Origin: an uncultured Acidobacteriota bacterium | GTDB lineage: Bacteria; Acidobacteriota; Thermoanaerobaculia; Multivoradales; UBA5704 | Reading direction: 5' to 3' | Assembly (NCBI GenBank): GCA_963770895.1 | Contig: CAVYRF010000001.1 | Location: 1,568,001-1,632,000 of the forward strand | DNA: 64,000 nt | Shown here: piece by piece, positions 56,201 to 64,000 of the stretch | Numbering within the stretch: position 1 is the first letter of the stretch | How the letters are laid out: each line of letters starts with the position of its first letter | Program-made: the position numbers and the translations under genes | Notes under the pieces: model-generated | What the model saw: only the letters and a program-made list of their open reading frames with translations | Databases searched by the model: none | What the model was told of the DNA's origin: nothing

Positions 56201-58232
56201 ACAGGCTGGTGACGGTGAGGTCGAAGCCGAGCGGCGAATGCACCAGAGCGTCGAGCGGGCCGTAGGTTTCGCGGCAGAAGCACAGGTAGTTGACGACCGC
56301 GGCGTGGGTGACGGCGACGCCCTTGGGCAGCCCGGTCGACCCGGACGTGTAGAGGACGTAGGCGAGCTGGTCGCGGTCCACGGCCGGCGGCTGGTGCGGT
56401 GGATGCGTCGGGTCCAGGTCAAGCAGGGGTCGGTCGAGCCGGACGGTCGGCAGGTCCAGGTCGGCATCGCCGTCGGTGAGCAGGCAGGCGACGCCGGCGT
56501 CGCGCGCCATCCACTCGCGTCGCCGGCGCGGCAGGTTGGCGTCGAGGGGCACGTAGGCGCCGCCGGCCTGGAGCACGGCGAGGAGCGCGGCGACCATGTC
56601 GGGGGAGCGGCGCAGGGCGACGCCGACGCGCGTTTCCGGGCCGACGCCGCGGCGGGCGAGCACGCGGGCGAGGCTTCCGGCGCGGTCGGCCAGCTGGCGG
56701 TAGCTCCACCGCCGGCCGCCGTGGCGCACGGCGGCCGCCTCGGGGTGGCGCTCCGCCGCGGCGGCGAACAGACCGTGGACCGTGGCCTCCGGCTGCCGCC
56801 GGCGGCGCTCCCCGCGGGCCCGCTGCAGCAGCTCCTGCCGCTCGGCCGCCGACAGCAGCGGCGCGCCGCCGAGCGGCAGCGCCGGCTGCGCGACGACCGC
56901 TGCCAGAAAGTGGATGAAATGGCCGCACAGGCGGCTCATCGTCGCCGGCTCGAAGAGCGCCCGGGCATACTGCCAGGAGCCCGCCAGCAGCTCGCCGGCC
57001 TGCGCCATGGTGACGGCGATCTCGAACTGCGAGCCGCGCTCGCCGATCCCGAGCACCTCGGCCGGCATGTCGCCCAGCCGTGCGCGCGCGCCGTCGCGGC
57101 CCAGGGCGACGCCCGCCACGTCACCGCCGGCGAGCGGCACGTTCTGGAAGCCGAACGACGCCTGCACCAGCGGGAAGCGAGCGGCATCGCGTTCCGGCGC
57201 CAGGTCGCGCACCAGCAGCGCGAACGGGTAGTCCTGGTGCGCCAGCGCCTCGCGCACCGCGGCGTGGGTCTGCTCCAGCAGCTCGGCGAACGACATGCCG
57301 CCGGCGAGCCGCGCCCGCAGCACCACGGTGTTGGCGAAGCACCCCACCACCCGCCGCCACTGCCGCCGGCCGCGCGCCGCGAAGGGCGAGCCCACCAGCA
57401 GATCGCGGGCGCCGGTCGCGCGCAGCAGCAGGCCCTGGAAGGCGGCGAGCAGCACGACGTAGGGGGTCGTGCCGGCGTTGCCTGCCGCCGCCAGGACCGC
57501 GCCGCTCAACGCCGCGCCGAGGTCGAAGGCGAAGGAGGCGCCGCGGAAATCCTGTGCCGCTCCCTGGCCGCTGTCGTGGGGCAGGCCCAAAACGGTGGGG
57601 GCTCCCGCCAGTCGGCGCTGCCAGTGATCGCGCTCCGCGGCGCCGTCCGGCCCGGCGAAGCGGGCTCGCTCCCAGGCGGCGAAGTCGAGGTACTCCGCGT
57701 CCGCGGGTCGCGGCTCGCGGCCTGCCAGCAGCAGATCCAGGTCGCGGTACAGCAGGGCGAGCGACCAGAGGTCGGCCACGATGTGGTGGACGGCGAACAG
57801 CAGCACGGCTTCGCCGCCCTGGCGCAGGAAAAGGCGCACCCGCAGCGGCGGCGCGGTGCCGAGGCGAAACGGTCGGTAGCCGGCCTCGACCAGCTCGCGG
57901 CGCAGGCGCTCGTCGTCCCATGCGGCCGCGTCGATGGCGGCAAAGTCGAGCCAGGCCCCGTCGGGTGGATCGGTCGGATCGGACGGCGCTGGCGGGGCGA
58001 CGGGTGCGAGCGGGCGCTGGCGGGGCCGGCCGTCGCGGATCTCGAAGACCGTGCGCAGCGCGGCGTGGCGCTCGACCAGGCGGCGGCAGGCCGCTTCCAG
58101 GGCCGCCCGCGCGGCGGCGCCGCGCGGCAGGCGCAGGGCGCGCACGATGTGGAAGGCGGGGTTGCCGCCGGCAAGCTCTTCGAGCAGCCACATCGCCTCC
58201 TGGCCGTAGGACAGGTCTCCGTGGAGGGTCAT
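47241..58232 (-). CDS. NRPS1: C-A(Asn)-T-C-A(unknown/hydrophobic)-T-C-A(Tyr)-T-C
   Basis: ATGA overlap at the start; starter-like C with HHIVADLWS; three A domains; three GGHSL T motifs; C motifs HHAVADG and HHVVADG (twice); ends on a C domain. Confidence 0.93.
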   Translation of the reverse strand: MTLHGDLSYGQEAMWLLEELAGGNPAFHIVRALRLPRGAAARAALEAACRRLVERHAALRTVFEIRDGRPRQRPLAPVAPPAPSDPTDPPDGAWLDFAAIDAAAWDDERLRRELVEAGYRPFRLGTAPPLRVRLFLRQGGEAVLLFAVHHIVADLWSLALLYRDLDLLLAGREPRPADAEYLDFAAWERARFAGPDGAAERDHWQRRLAGAPTVLGLPHDSGQGAAQDFRGASFAFDLGAALSGAVLAAAGNAGTTPYVVLLAAFQGLLLRATGARDLLVGSPFAARGRRQWRRVVGCFANTVVLRARLAGGMSFAELLEQTHAAVREALAHQDYPFALLVRDLAPERDAARFPLVQASFGFQNVPLAGGDVAGVALGRDGARARLGDMPAEVLGIGERGSQFEIAVTMAQAGELLAGSWQYARALFEPATMSRLCGHFIHFLAAVVAQPALPLGGAPLLSAAERQELLQRARGERRRRQPEATVHGLFAAAAERHPEAAAVRHGGRRWSYRQLADRAGSLARVLARRGVGPETRVGVALRRSPDMVAALLAVLQAGGAYVPLDANLPRRRREWMARDAGVACLLTDGDADLDLPTVRLDRPLLDLDPTHPPHQPPAVDRDQLAYVLYTSGSTGLPKGVAVTHAAVVNYLCFCRETYGPLDALVHSPLGFDLTVTSLWTPLVCGRSITLVDDGVEPLAAALREPGGPPLVKITPAHLLALSRLLEPRQLDDRVLVIGGEALPAAAVAWLPAAPGRRLINEYGPTETVVGCAFHELADRRDPIPIGRPIANAELYVLDAEMEPVPLGSPGELYIGGGGLARGYLDRPERTAEAFVPHPFRGGGARLYRTGDLARLRPDGSFDFLGRRDDQLKIRGYRIEPAEIEAALLLCPGVRAAAVAGRDGRLVAYLVAGDAPDDACGESGEPAPDAAALRRQLALSLPDHMLPARYVLLPELPLTAHGKVDRRALPEPGATTGPATDDGAHRPPRTPIEEIVAATWADVLGRRRVGIDDSFFELGGHSLLAMTVAARLRTALGVEIPLRRFFDQPTVAAMATLAEAARKDGAEPPPPPILPAPRTGPLPLSFAQRRLWFLHRLDPRSAAYNIPLAVRLDGRLDAPALAASLAAIVRRHEILRTRFGERDGEPVQIVEPPDGAPLPLARVDLSDQSDPEAAARDRAADEARRPFDLARGPREEASAGRPSRSAGLLRATLLHLAADRAVLLLTLHHAVADGWSLGILVRELATLYRGATLPELPFQFADFALWQRSWLTADRIDRQRAFWRAQLAGVQPLDLPTDRPRQAAPLARAAQVPFALPDALAGQLLHLARERGATLFMTLLAAFEVLLARHSGQSRFAVGTAIAGRHQGGVEDLIGCFVNTLALPAHLDDRGFAELLDRVRDSTLDAYAHQDLPFEQLVEDLQPARDPGRNPLFQVMLVLQNLPMPALDLHGLAASPLAAAGRLAGAAAAPAAWAGGVGDAKFDLLWSASATAGGGLSGTLDFAADRFDPATIVRLAGHLQVLLAAAAADPARGVDDLPLLTHPERHALLAEWPSAAGSPGAARTAAGAPPLWVHQLVELQAARRPAAPAVVFEDQQLTYGELDRQADQLAHHLRRRGVGPETRVLIHLPRGPRRIVAMLGVLKAGGAYVPVASQLPEERLALLRAESGAAVMLTDTAPPLAARREPSAVPAPVAGEAPPAPESLAYVIYTSGSTGAPKGVGVTHAGLHNLVAWHLAAYPLAPGERTSQFASFGFDASAWEIWPALCAGAALWIVPEEARRAPAELADWLARHRIDVAFAPTPVAELLFGLPWSAGAPHLRRLGVGGDRLSHVPARQLPFELVNLYGPTEVTVVSVQARLTPADAGRPVPIGRPIAAIEAHVLDRRLAPVPAGVAGELYLGGIGLARGYLGRPDLTAERFLPHPFGARPGARLYRSGDLARRRPDGTLECLGRTDEQIKVRGFRVEPAEIEAALARHPQVRAAAAAVRAGRLIAWVAAADGERDAAHPGRGPLATDLLGHLARLLPEHMIPAAFVVLPALPLTARGKVDRRALPDPPPAAAAARSTPLTPHEEIVAAIWAAALGVPRVDAGDDFFALGGHSLLAMQVLSRLRAALGVDVPVGDLFAHPTLAAFAARLRSAEQRPALPPIQPAGRDRPLPLSFAQRRLWFLQQLAPHSPAYNLPLGLRLRGALDTAALARALATIVRRHEVLRTSFPALDGEPAQRIAPASARPLPMVDLAGLAAPLAVAGAWAEEEARRPFDLARGPLLRALLLRLDGDDWMLLLTVHHVVADGWSAGLLVRELATLYRGLPLPELPFQYADFAVWQRRWLTAETLARQLAWWRVQLTGLPQLALPTDRPRPAVQSFRGQQLPFLLPRASTAALRRTSRQEGVTLFMALFAGVANLLARLAAQPRLAVGTAIANRHYDGVENLIGFFVNTLALPADLGGAPSFRELLARVRDTTLAAYAHQDLPFEQLVHELRPERSLARHPLFQVMLVLQNAPAQDLDLPGLRLTEQTAENRFAKFDLALVLRETGDDLAGTVDFASDLYDRATIGRLLGHFQTLLLAATADPGCGVLDLPLMTDAERFAVLALGDGPRVERAAPHCVHQLFERQAALRPHAPAVVWRDQPLSYRQLNRRANQLAHHLRQLGVGAETRVAICLERTPQLVTAMLAVLKAGGAYVPLDPAHPRPRLARALHDSGAALLLTQESLRATFPAPPVPVVALDGLGRRAAAQPSADLPPAAAPDNLAYVIYTSGSTGTPKGVAVTHRSVCNLALAQIAAFTVTPDSAVLLFASPAFDAAVSEWTTALACGARLILAPPEALGAGAALYDLLAGAAVQTATLVPSVLHLLPAPPAPEAIPLPRLATLVVAGERCPPALADRWARGRRMLNAYGPTETTVCATISRPLAAGEPPPIGGPIANVRVHVLDERWAPLPVGVYGELFIAGAGVARGYLDQPAATAERFLPEPFGDQPGSRMYRTGDRARWTARHELELAGRLDGQVKVRGHRIEPAEIEAAIEQHPAVRQAVVAAAGDGDGERLVAWVRLVAAGEPPADPAAPGMAERLRRHVAQLLPDAMVPAAFVFLPHLPLTAAGKVDRRALPEPAPASPAAAALAAPRSPVEEILAGVWAEVLRLPRVGVDDDFFALGGHSLLAAQAVARLRGALGLELPLRLLFEHPTVADLAAQVELARQSPRAAAPPIERAPRDRPLPLSLSQQRLWFVDQLQPGSPFYNMPIALRMRGALDVAALRLSLRHLALRHEVLRTRFPVLDGLPSQEIAPQPAIPVAVVDLAGLGERARRRETAHRAAQEAALPFDLARGPLWRATLLRLDGAEHTCLLTMHHVVADGWSIGVLVREVTHLYERARGGAPPRLPELPIQYADFAAWQRQWLQGEELRRQTAYWQRRLAGAPAALDLPLDRPRPPVQTHRGARHAAALPAELAAALAALSRGAGVTLFMTLLAALLAFLFALTGQQDLVIGTDVANRNRTEIEGLIGFFVNVLVLRTDLSGNPTFRELLRRVRETTLDAYDHQDVSFDQLVSALRPRRDPARTPLFDLLFVLQNAERPALALADLAVEVEDAAQETSRFDLALFPHEDDQRRLHQTWVFNPDLFVPATVRRFAAAYAAVIERAVASPEIRLDRLACAFSAAESFPHATERFA
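53910..56832. repeat. Copy 2 of the ~2.9-kb A-T-C duplication
   Basis: Near-identical to 29698-32607. Confidence 0.92.
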
Positions 58233-59845
58233 CCGACCCGCTCCAGATAGCCCTGCTTGAGGGCCCAGGCCGCGGCGTCCAGCGCTCCCGGACGGTTCCG
58301 CTCCGCCACCAGGTCGCCCAGCGACGCCGCGCCGCCGGCGCAGCGGGCGACCAGCCAGAGGACGTCGTCGCGGTCGATGCCTGCCGGCGGGCGCAGATCG
58401 GTCGAGCGGAGCGGGCCGGCGGCGCGGCGGGAGCAGTGCACCCGCACCTCCGGCCCCAGCGCGGCGCTGGCGAAGTGCCCGAACAGAGCGTTGTAATCGA
58501 ACGGCGCGGCGCCGCGGCCGGAGCTGGCGCGGTGGTCCGTGCGCTGCCACTGCTCACGCCACAGCTCGCTCCACTGCGCCATCACCGGCCGCCACCCGAA
58601 GACCTCGACGGCGCGCCGCCGGCCGTTCTCGCCGAAGGCGCGGCGCAGGCTGGCGTCCGCCGCCAGGGCGTCGAGCGCGCGGTAGAGCTCGCAGGGATCG
58701 ACCGGCGTGCGCTGCGCGAGGAAGTGCCGGCTCACGCTGTAATCGCACAGCGGCGCCACCGGCGAGATCGCCGCGGCCGCCGCCGCGTTCCAGGCGGTGG
58801 CGACCTTGAAACCGGTTTCGCCGTGGACGACGGTGTCTTTGTAGCCGCTCCAGTCCGCGGCCACGACCGGCAGGCCGCACGCCATCGCTTCGATCACCGA
58901 CAGCCCGAAGGTCTCCTGGAGGTTGTCCACCGGCGAGACGAAGACGTCGCAGGCCGAGTAGATGAGCGGCTTGACGAAGTGCGGGAAGTTGGTGATCACC
59001 GTCAGCCGCTCGGCGATACCGAGCCGCCCGGCCAGCGCCCGCACCTCGCCGCCGTACTGGTCGGCGACGTCCTGGCCGGCGAGCACCAGCGAACAGTCGG
59101 CGCGCGCCGCGAACAGGTCGTGGCACACCGTCAGCAGCGGCGCCAGGTCCGCCTTCTGCTGGCCGTCGAGGCGGCCGAGGTAGAGGATCAGCGTCCCCGT
59201 CGCGGGCAGCCCCAGGGCCTGGCGCGCGGTGGCCCGGTCGTAGGGCGTCAGAAAGTCGGTGTCCACCCCCAGCGGGATCTGGACGATGCGAGGCGGCGCC
59301 GGCGCGCGGGCGCCCATGCGCTCCGCGAGGAAGCTGGCTGCCGCCGCCAGCAGCGCCTCGACCGCCCGGCGCCCGGCGTCGCTCGTCGCCACGATGGCGT
59401 CCTGCTCCGCCGCGAACAGCAGCGCTCCCACGTAGGCCAGGCTCATCGCAGGGCCATCGATCGAATGCAGCAGCGCGCAGATCGGAAAGCTGGCGCCGGC
59501 CAGGGCGCGCCGCACCTGTCCCAGCGGCTGGAAGTCCACGCCCGGCACCACGAAGGCATAGCGGTGGGTGCGCGCCAGCTCCGGCAGCTCGAGCGCGGTC
59601 TTGACCTGCACCCGGGAGGCGCCGACCTCGCGCCGCAGCTCCGCGAGGGCCGGCTCCTGGCTACGCCGCGCCGCGTCGGGATAGGTATCCAGGAACAGGT
59701 GCGCCGCGTCCACGGCGGCGGTGTCGAGCGCGGCGCGCACCAGGTCCTGGTGCACCACGCCGGCGCCGAACTGGTCGGCGATGCCGAAGGCATAGCGGCG
59801 GCGCCCGTACTGCACGGCCTGGGCGAAGGTGATCGGCAGGCTCAA
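58229..59845 (-). CDS. Glycosyltransferase family 4 (GT-B)
   Basis: TTG start overlapping the PKS stop, with AAGGAG RBS; IPLGVDT; LYLGRL; DVFVSPVDNLQETFGLSVIEAMACGLPVV (EX7E). Confidence 0.9.
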   Translation of the reverse strand: MSLPITFAQAVQYGRRRYAFGIADQFGAGVVHQDLVRAALDTAAVDAAHLFLDTYPDAARRSQEPALAELRREVGASRVQVKTALELPELARTHRYAFVVPGVDFQPLGQVRRALAGASFPICALLHSIDGPAMSLAYVGALLFAAEQDAIVATSDAGRRAVEALLAAAASFLAERMGARAPAPPRIVQIPLGVDTDFLTPYDRATARQALGLPATGTLILYLGRLDGQQKADLAPLLTVCHDLFAARADCSLVLAGQDVADQYGGEVRALAGRLGIAERLTVITNFPHFVKPLIYSACDVFVSPVDNLQETFGLSVIEAMACGLPVVAADWSGYKDTVVHGETGFKVATAWNAAAAAAISPVAPLCDYSVSRHFLAQRTPVDPCELYRALDALAADASLRRAFGENGRRRAVEVFGWRPVMAQWSELWREQWQRTDHRASSGRGAAPFDYNALFGHFASAALGPEVRVHCSRRAAGPLRSTDLRPPAGIDRDDVLWLVARCAGGAASLGDLVAERNRPGALDAAAWALKQGYLERVG

Positions 59846-62800
59846 CGCCGCGCTCCTTCCCACGCCAGCTCGTCCGCGGCCGGCGCCGCCACGACACCGT
59901 GGAGCAGGCGGGCGGCGCGCACGGCGTCGCGCAGCCGCGCGGCGAGATCGGCGACGTGCGGCGGCGACATCATGGTCTGGTGGCCGCCGGCAACGATCTG
60001 GGTTTCCAGGCCGCCCGCCGCGCGCTCGATCCAGTAGCGCTCGGGAAAGCTCCCTGCGGGCTGCTCGCGGGCGCGAAAATAGATCGCCCGACCCGGCCAG
60101 GGACGGGGCTCGTAGCGCAGCATCGCGGTGTAGTTGCTGCGCCAGATGTCGATGCGCAGGCGCATGCCCGCCAGGTCCGTCTCCGCCAGCGGCTTGCCGG
60201 CGAGCGCCAGCAGCCGCGTGACGTGCTCGATCTGCTCGTCGGTCGCCAGGGCGGCCAGCGTCGCGCGGTCGAGCGCGATCTGCTGGCCGAACAGCTCGAT
60301 CAGGACGTCGGCCGACGAGGTGACGGGAGCGAGCGGCAGGTCCGCTCCCGGCGTATCGATCAGCGCCAGCAGGGCGACCTGGGCGTTCGCGGCCGCCAGC
60401 TGCGCGGCGATCTCCCAGGCGAGCGTGCCGCCGAACGACGCGCCCGCCAGCAGGTACGGTCCGCGCGGCTGCACGCTGCGGATGGCGCGCACGAACCGTT
60501 CCGCCATCGCTTCGACGGTGGTGAGCAGGGCGGAGCGGCCGTCGAAGCCGGCGGGCTGGAGGCCGAAGATGGCATGGCCGTCGCGCAGCCCCTGGGCGAG
60601 CGGCGCGTAGCGGAAGACGCTGCCGCCGACGGCGTGGGGCAGGAAGAGCGGGGCGTGCCGGTCGCCCGGCTCGATCTCCACCACCAGGCCGTCGCGGCCG
60701 GACGCCGCGCCACCGGCTCCCGCGGCGCGCGGTCCCAGGTGCGCGTCGACCACTGCCGCCAGACCGCTGAGCGTCCGCGCTTCGAGCACGGCGTGCAGCG
60801 AAAGATCCAGGCCGTACGTCTGATTCAGCCGCGCGGTCAGCTGCAAGGCGAGCAGCGAATCGCCGCCCAGCGCCAGAAAAGAGTCGGACGGCCGCACCGC
60901 CCGCACGCCGAGCATCGCCCGCCACAGCGCGGCGACGTCGCTCTGCACGGCCGTCCCGCCATCGCCGCTCTCGGTGCCGTCGGCGCCGCCGCCGGCGGCG
61001 GCCGGGGCGGGTCTGGCGTGGGGACCGGCCGCCGGGGTGTCGGCCTGGGCGGCCCAATAGCGGCAGTGGTCCCAGGCGTAGGTGGGAGCGGGAACCCGCC
61101 GCGGCTCGGTGCCGGCGTGGAGCGCCTGCCAGCGCACGCCGGCGCCGGCCTCCCAGAGCCGACCGACCGCCTGCAGCAGGTGGGCCCGTCGCGGCAGCTC
61201 CTCCCCGGCGGCGGGCAGCGCCGCGACCACGATCGCGCTCGCACGCCCGGCCGCGGCCGCGGCGTGGCGGGCAAACGGGCTCACCACCTGCGCCGGACCG
61301 GCTTCGAGCAGCAGCGGGTCGGGCAGCTCGAGGAGGCGCGCCAGGCCGTCGGCAAAGCGCACCGTCTCGCGCAGGTGGCGCACCCAGTAGCCCGGATCGC
61401 ATGCCTCGTGGGTGGTGATCCAGGTGCCGCTGACGTTCGAGACGTAGGGGATGCGTGGCGGCTGCAGCCGCACCCGTGCCACCACCGTCGCGAACGGCGC
61501 CAGGATCGCATCCATGGCGGGGGAGTGATAGGCGCGCGCCACCTTCACCCGCCGGGCGCCGATGCCGCGCTCGGCCAGCCGGCCCTCGAGCTCCGCCATC
61601 GCATCGGCGTCGCTGCCCGCGACCACGCAGTGGTCGGCGGTGTTGAGGATCGCCACCCAGGTTTGCCGGGGCAGGAGCGGCCGCACCGCCGCCTCGCCGG
61701 CCTGGATGCTGAGCATGCTGCCGGCAGGGGTCTGGTCCATCAGCCGCGCCCGCTCGGCCACCAGCAGCAGCGCGTCCGGCAGCGACAGGACGCCGGCCAG
61801 GCACGCGGCGGTGTACTCGCCGAGGCTGTGGCCGAGCATCGCCTGCGGCGTCAGACCCCAAGCCATGAACGTGCGCGCCAGCGCCCACTCGACCGCGAAC
61901 ACCGCCGGCTGGCCGAGCCAGCCCTCGTAGATCCGCTCCGGCGGCACCTCCTGCCGCGCCAGCAGCAGCCGGCGCAGGTCGAGGCCGAGGAGCGGCTGGA
62001 GGATGGAGCAGCAGTCGTCGAGCGCGGCGCGGAAGGGCGGCTCGGCGTCGTAGAGCTCTGCGGCCATGCCGGGGCGCTGGCAGCCGAGTCCGGGGAACAG
62101 AAAGCAGAGGCTCGGCCGTTCGCCGGCCCTGGGGGGCGCCGCCGTCGCTGTGGCCGCCATCGCCCCTGTCGCCGCCGTTGCCGTGAGCGGCGCCGCCGCG
62201 GCCAGCTCGCCTGCCGCCTCCTCGGCGCTCGCGGCGACCACCGTCAAGCGGCAGGGGAGCTCACGCCGCCCCGTCTGCAGGGTGAAAGCGAGGTCGCCCA
62301 GGTCGCCATCCGGGCGCTCGCCAAGGTGGGCGGCCAGGCGGCGCGCGCCGCGGCCGAGAGCGCTTGGAGTCTTGGCGGAGAGGGTGAGCAGATGGGGCGG
62401 CGAAAGCGGCCGCCGCGCCGGCGGACGCGGCGCCTCTTCGAGCAGCAGGTGGACGTTGGTGCCGCCGAGGCCGAAGGAGCTGACCCCCGCCCGCCGCGGC
62501 GCCGCCGCGGAGCGCCAGCCGCGCAGCTCGGTATTGACGTAAAACGGGCTGGCGGCAAAGTCGATGTGGGGATTGGGCCGCTCGTAATGCAGGCTGGGGA
62601 CGAGCTGGCCTTCGCGCACCATGAGCACGGCCTTGATGAGCCCGGCGATGCCCGCCGCACTGTCCAGGTGGCCGATGTTGGTCTTGACCGAACCCAGCGC
62701 GCAGAAGCCCACCGCGTCGGTCGAGCGGCGATAGGCCTGCGTCAGGGCGCGGACCTCGATCGGATCGCCCAGGGCGGTGCCGGTGCCGTGCGCCTCGACG

Positions 62801-63738
62801 TAGCCGATGCTCGCGACGGGCAGGCCGGACAGCGCCAGCGCCCGCTCGACGACCTCCGCCTGGCCGTCGACGCTGGGCGCCGCATATCCCACCTTGGACG
62901 CGCCGTCGTTGTTGGCCGCCGAACCGCGGATGACGGCATGCAGGAAGTCGCCGTCGGCCAGCGCGTCGGCCAGCCGCTTGAGCACCACCAGGCCGACGCC
63001 GCTGCCTCCCACCGTGCCGTCCGCGCCGGCGTCGAAGGCCCGCGTCCGCCCGTCGGCGGAGCCGGTGCCGCCGGCGTAGGCGAGGTACCCGGTCTGCTGG
63101 TCCACCCGCACCGACACGCCGCCGGCCAGCGCCAGGTCGCACTCGCCGGCGAGCAGGCTCTGGCAGGCAAGGTGGACGGCCAGCAGCGAGGTCGAGCAGG
63201 CGCTCTGCACGTTGACGCACGGTCCGCGCAGGTCGAGCTTGTAAGCGATGCGTGTCGCCAGGTGATCGCGGTCGTTGCCGAGCGACACCGTGGCCTCGCC
63301 CAGCGCCGCCACCGCGGCGGGATCGGACCAGACGTTGAGGATGTACCAGTTGGAGCTGGCGCCGGCGAACACTCCCACCGCGGCGGGGAGCGCGCCGGGG
63401 GCCTGGCCCGCATCTTCCAGGGCTTCCCAGGCGCATTCCAGCAGCAGCCGCTGCTGCGGGTCCATCGCCGCGGCCTCGCGCGCGGTGATGCCGAAAAACG
63501 CCGCGTCGAACGCGTCCGCGTCTTGCAATACGGCGCGCGCCGGAACGTAGCGGGGGTTTTCGATCAGATCGGACGGCACTCCCGCGGCGCGCAGCTCAGC
63601 GGCGGAGAAAAATGTGACGCAATTGACGCCGCGCGTCAGGTTTTGCCAAAACCGCGCCAGGTCCGGCGCCTTTGGAAAGCGGCCCGCCATGCCGGTGATG
63701 GCGATTGCCGCCTCGCGTGAGTAGTCCTCTGCCGACAA
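59842..63738 (-). CDS. Type I PKS: KS-AT-ACP-TE
   Basis: TTG with GGAGG RBS; KS triad QSACSTS, EAHGTGT, NIGHLD; AT GHSLGE and RAYHS; ACP LGGDSL; TE GASFGG and GGHQTMM. No KR/DH/ER. Confidence 0.94.
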   Translation of the reverse strand: MSAEDYSREAAIAITGMAGRFPKAPDLARFWQNLTRGVNCVTFFSAAELRAAGVPSDLIENPRYVPARAVLQDADAFDAAFFGITAREAAAMDPQQRLLLECAWEALEDAGQAPGALPAAVGVFAGASSNWYILNVWSDPAAVAALGEATVSLGNDRDHLATRIAYKLDLRGPCVNVQSACSTSLLAVHLACQSLLAGECDLALAGGVSVRVDQQTGYLAYAGGTGSADGRTRAFDAGADGTVGGSGVGLVVLKRLADALADGDFLHAVIRGSAANNDGASKVGYAAPSVDGQAEVVERALALSGLPVASIGYVEAHGTGTALGDPIEVRALTQAYRRSTDAVGFCALGSVKTNIGHLDSAAGIAGLIKAVLMVREGQLVPSLHYERPNPHIDFAASPFYVNTELRGWRSAAAPRRAGVSSFGLGGTNVHLLLEEAPRPPARRPLSPPHLLTLSAKTPSALGRGARRLAAHLGERPDGDLGDLAFTLQTGRRELPCRLTVVAASAEEAAGELAAAAPLTATAATGAMAATATAAPPRAGERPSLCFLFPGLGCQRPGMAAELYDAEPPFRAALDDCCSILQPLLGLDLRRLLLARQEVPPERIYEGWLGQPAVFAVEWALARTFMAWGLTPQAMLGHSLGEYTAACLAGVLSLPDALLLVAERARLMDQTPAGSMLSIQAGEAAVRPLLPRQTWVAILNTADHCVVAGSDADAMAELEGRLAERGIGARRVKVARAYHSPAMDAILAPFATVVARVRLQPPRIPYVSNVSGTWITTHEACDPGYWVRHLRETVRFADGLARLLELPDPLLLEAGPAQVVSPFARHAAAAAGRASAIVVAALPAAGEELPRRAHLLQAVGRLWEAGAGVRWQALHAGTEPRRVPAPTYAWDHCRYWAAQADTPAAGPHARPAPAAAGGGADGTESGDGGTAVQSDVAALWRAMLGVRAVRPSDSFLALGGDSLLALQLTARLNQTYGLDLSLHAVLEARTLSGLAAVVDAHLGPRAAGAGGAASGRDGLVVEIEPGDRHAPLFLPHAVGGSVFRYAPLAQGLRDGHAIFGLQPAGFDGRSALLTTVEAMAERFVRAIRSVQPRGPYLLAGASFGGTLAWEIAAQLAAANAQVALLALIDTPGADLPLAPVTSSADVLIELFGQQIALDRATLAALATDEQIEHVTRLLALAGKPLAETDLAGMRLRIDIWRSNYTAMLRYEPRPWPGRAIYFRAREQPAGSFPERYWIERAAGGLETQIVAGGHQTMMSPPHVADLAARLRDAVRAARLLHGVVAAPAADELAWEGARR

Positions 63739-63784
63739 GCGAACCTCCGACGACTTGAGCTGCGGCGAGCATGGCTCGAGCTCC

Positions 63785-63860
63785 GACCTGACTTACGATG
63801 ATTTATTTATCCTTAATAGAAATCTGGCGCCCACTCCCACCTTGCGTTGATACCCATACT
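63785..63860. promoter_or_regulatory. AT-rich probable promoter region of the PKS-NRPS operon
   Basis: ACTTACGATGATTTATTTATCCTTAATAGAAAT island in very GC-rich DNA, 50-100 nt upstream of the PKS start. No specific -10/-35 assigned. Confidence 0.4.
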
Positions 63861-63934
63861 CTCTGTCCGCATTGCGGCCGCGGCGGGCGGCTCTGCGGAT
63901 CACAAACACTGGTGTGCACGGAGGTGGGGCGACC

Positions 63935-64000
63935 GTGACAGCGAGGATCGATACGGATGAAATCGTTATTCTGCCGGCGTTATATCGGTTTCATGTTGAC
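63935..64000 (+). CDS. Possible start of a divergent gene (truncated by the window end)
   Basis: GGAGGT at 63920-63925, then GTG; open to the window end (VTARIDTDEIVILPALYRFHVD). Confidence 0.25.
   Translation, partial: MTARIDTDEIVILPALYRFHVD

Noticed and set aside
54900-58232. Colibactin/xenocoumacin-type N-acyl-D-Asn prodrug module
   Set aside because: Module 1 has no E domain, its T motif is GGHS, the next C looks LCL-type, and no ClbP-like S12 peptidase is present. Only the S9-based variant is kept as a hypothesis.

Overview
High-GC bacterial DNA, probably Acidobacteriota/Thermoanaerobaculia (inferred from a secreted protein ending in a 'FFTLPPCRVVDTR...IDVSGYF' domain). The right ~46 kb (17726-63738, minus strand, mostly overlapping stop/start codons) is one hybrid PKS-NRPS cluster. 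It holds a KS-AT-ACP-TE PKS, four NRPSs with 8 A domains (read by eye as Asn-X-Tyr-Asp-Asn-Asn-X-Lys/Orn), two E domains, three degenerate 'interface'-type C domains, two TauD/SyrP-like beta-hydroxylases, three glycosyltransferases and a GMC oxidoreductase pair. The last NRPS ends in a complete S9 (prolyl-oligopeptidase family) peptidase instead of a thioesterase. The left ~17.7 kb is a mosaic: two LanC-like genes each next to a class I lanthipeptide-type precursor (LxLxKx5L leader), two TonB-dependent receptors, a beta-propeller protein, a copper radical oxidase with an SCO chaperone, and hydrolases. The most unusual signal is at 11906-13435: a LanC homologue that has lost all three Zn ligands (WCYG to WAYA, CHG to GFG) lies next to a 50-aa precursor, absent from the ORF track, whose core has Ser/Thr/His but no Cys. 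This suggests a RiPP system with non-thioether chemistry. All assignments are from motif reading by eye; no searches were run.
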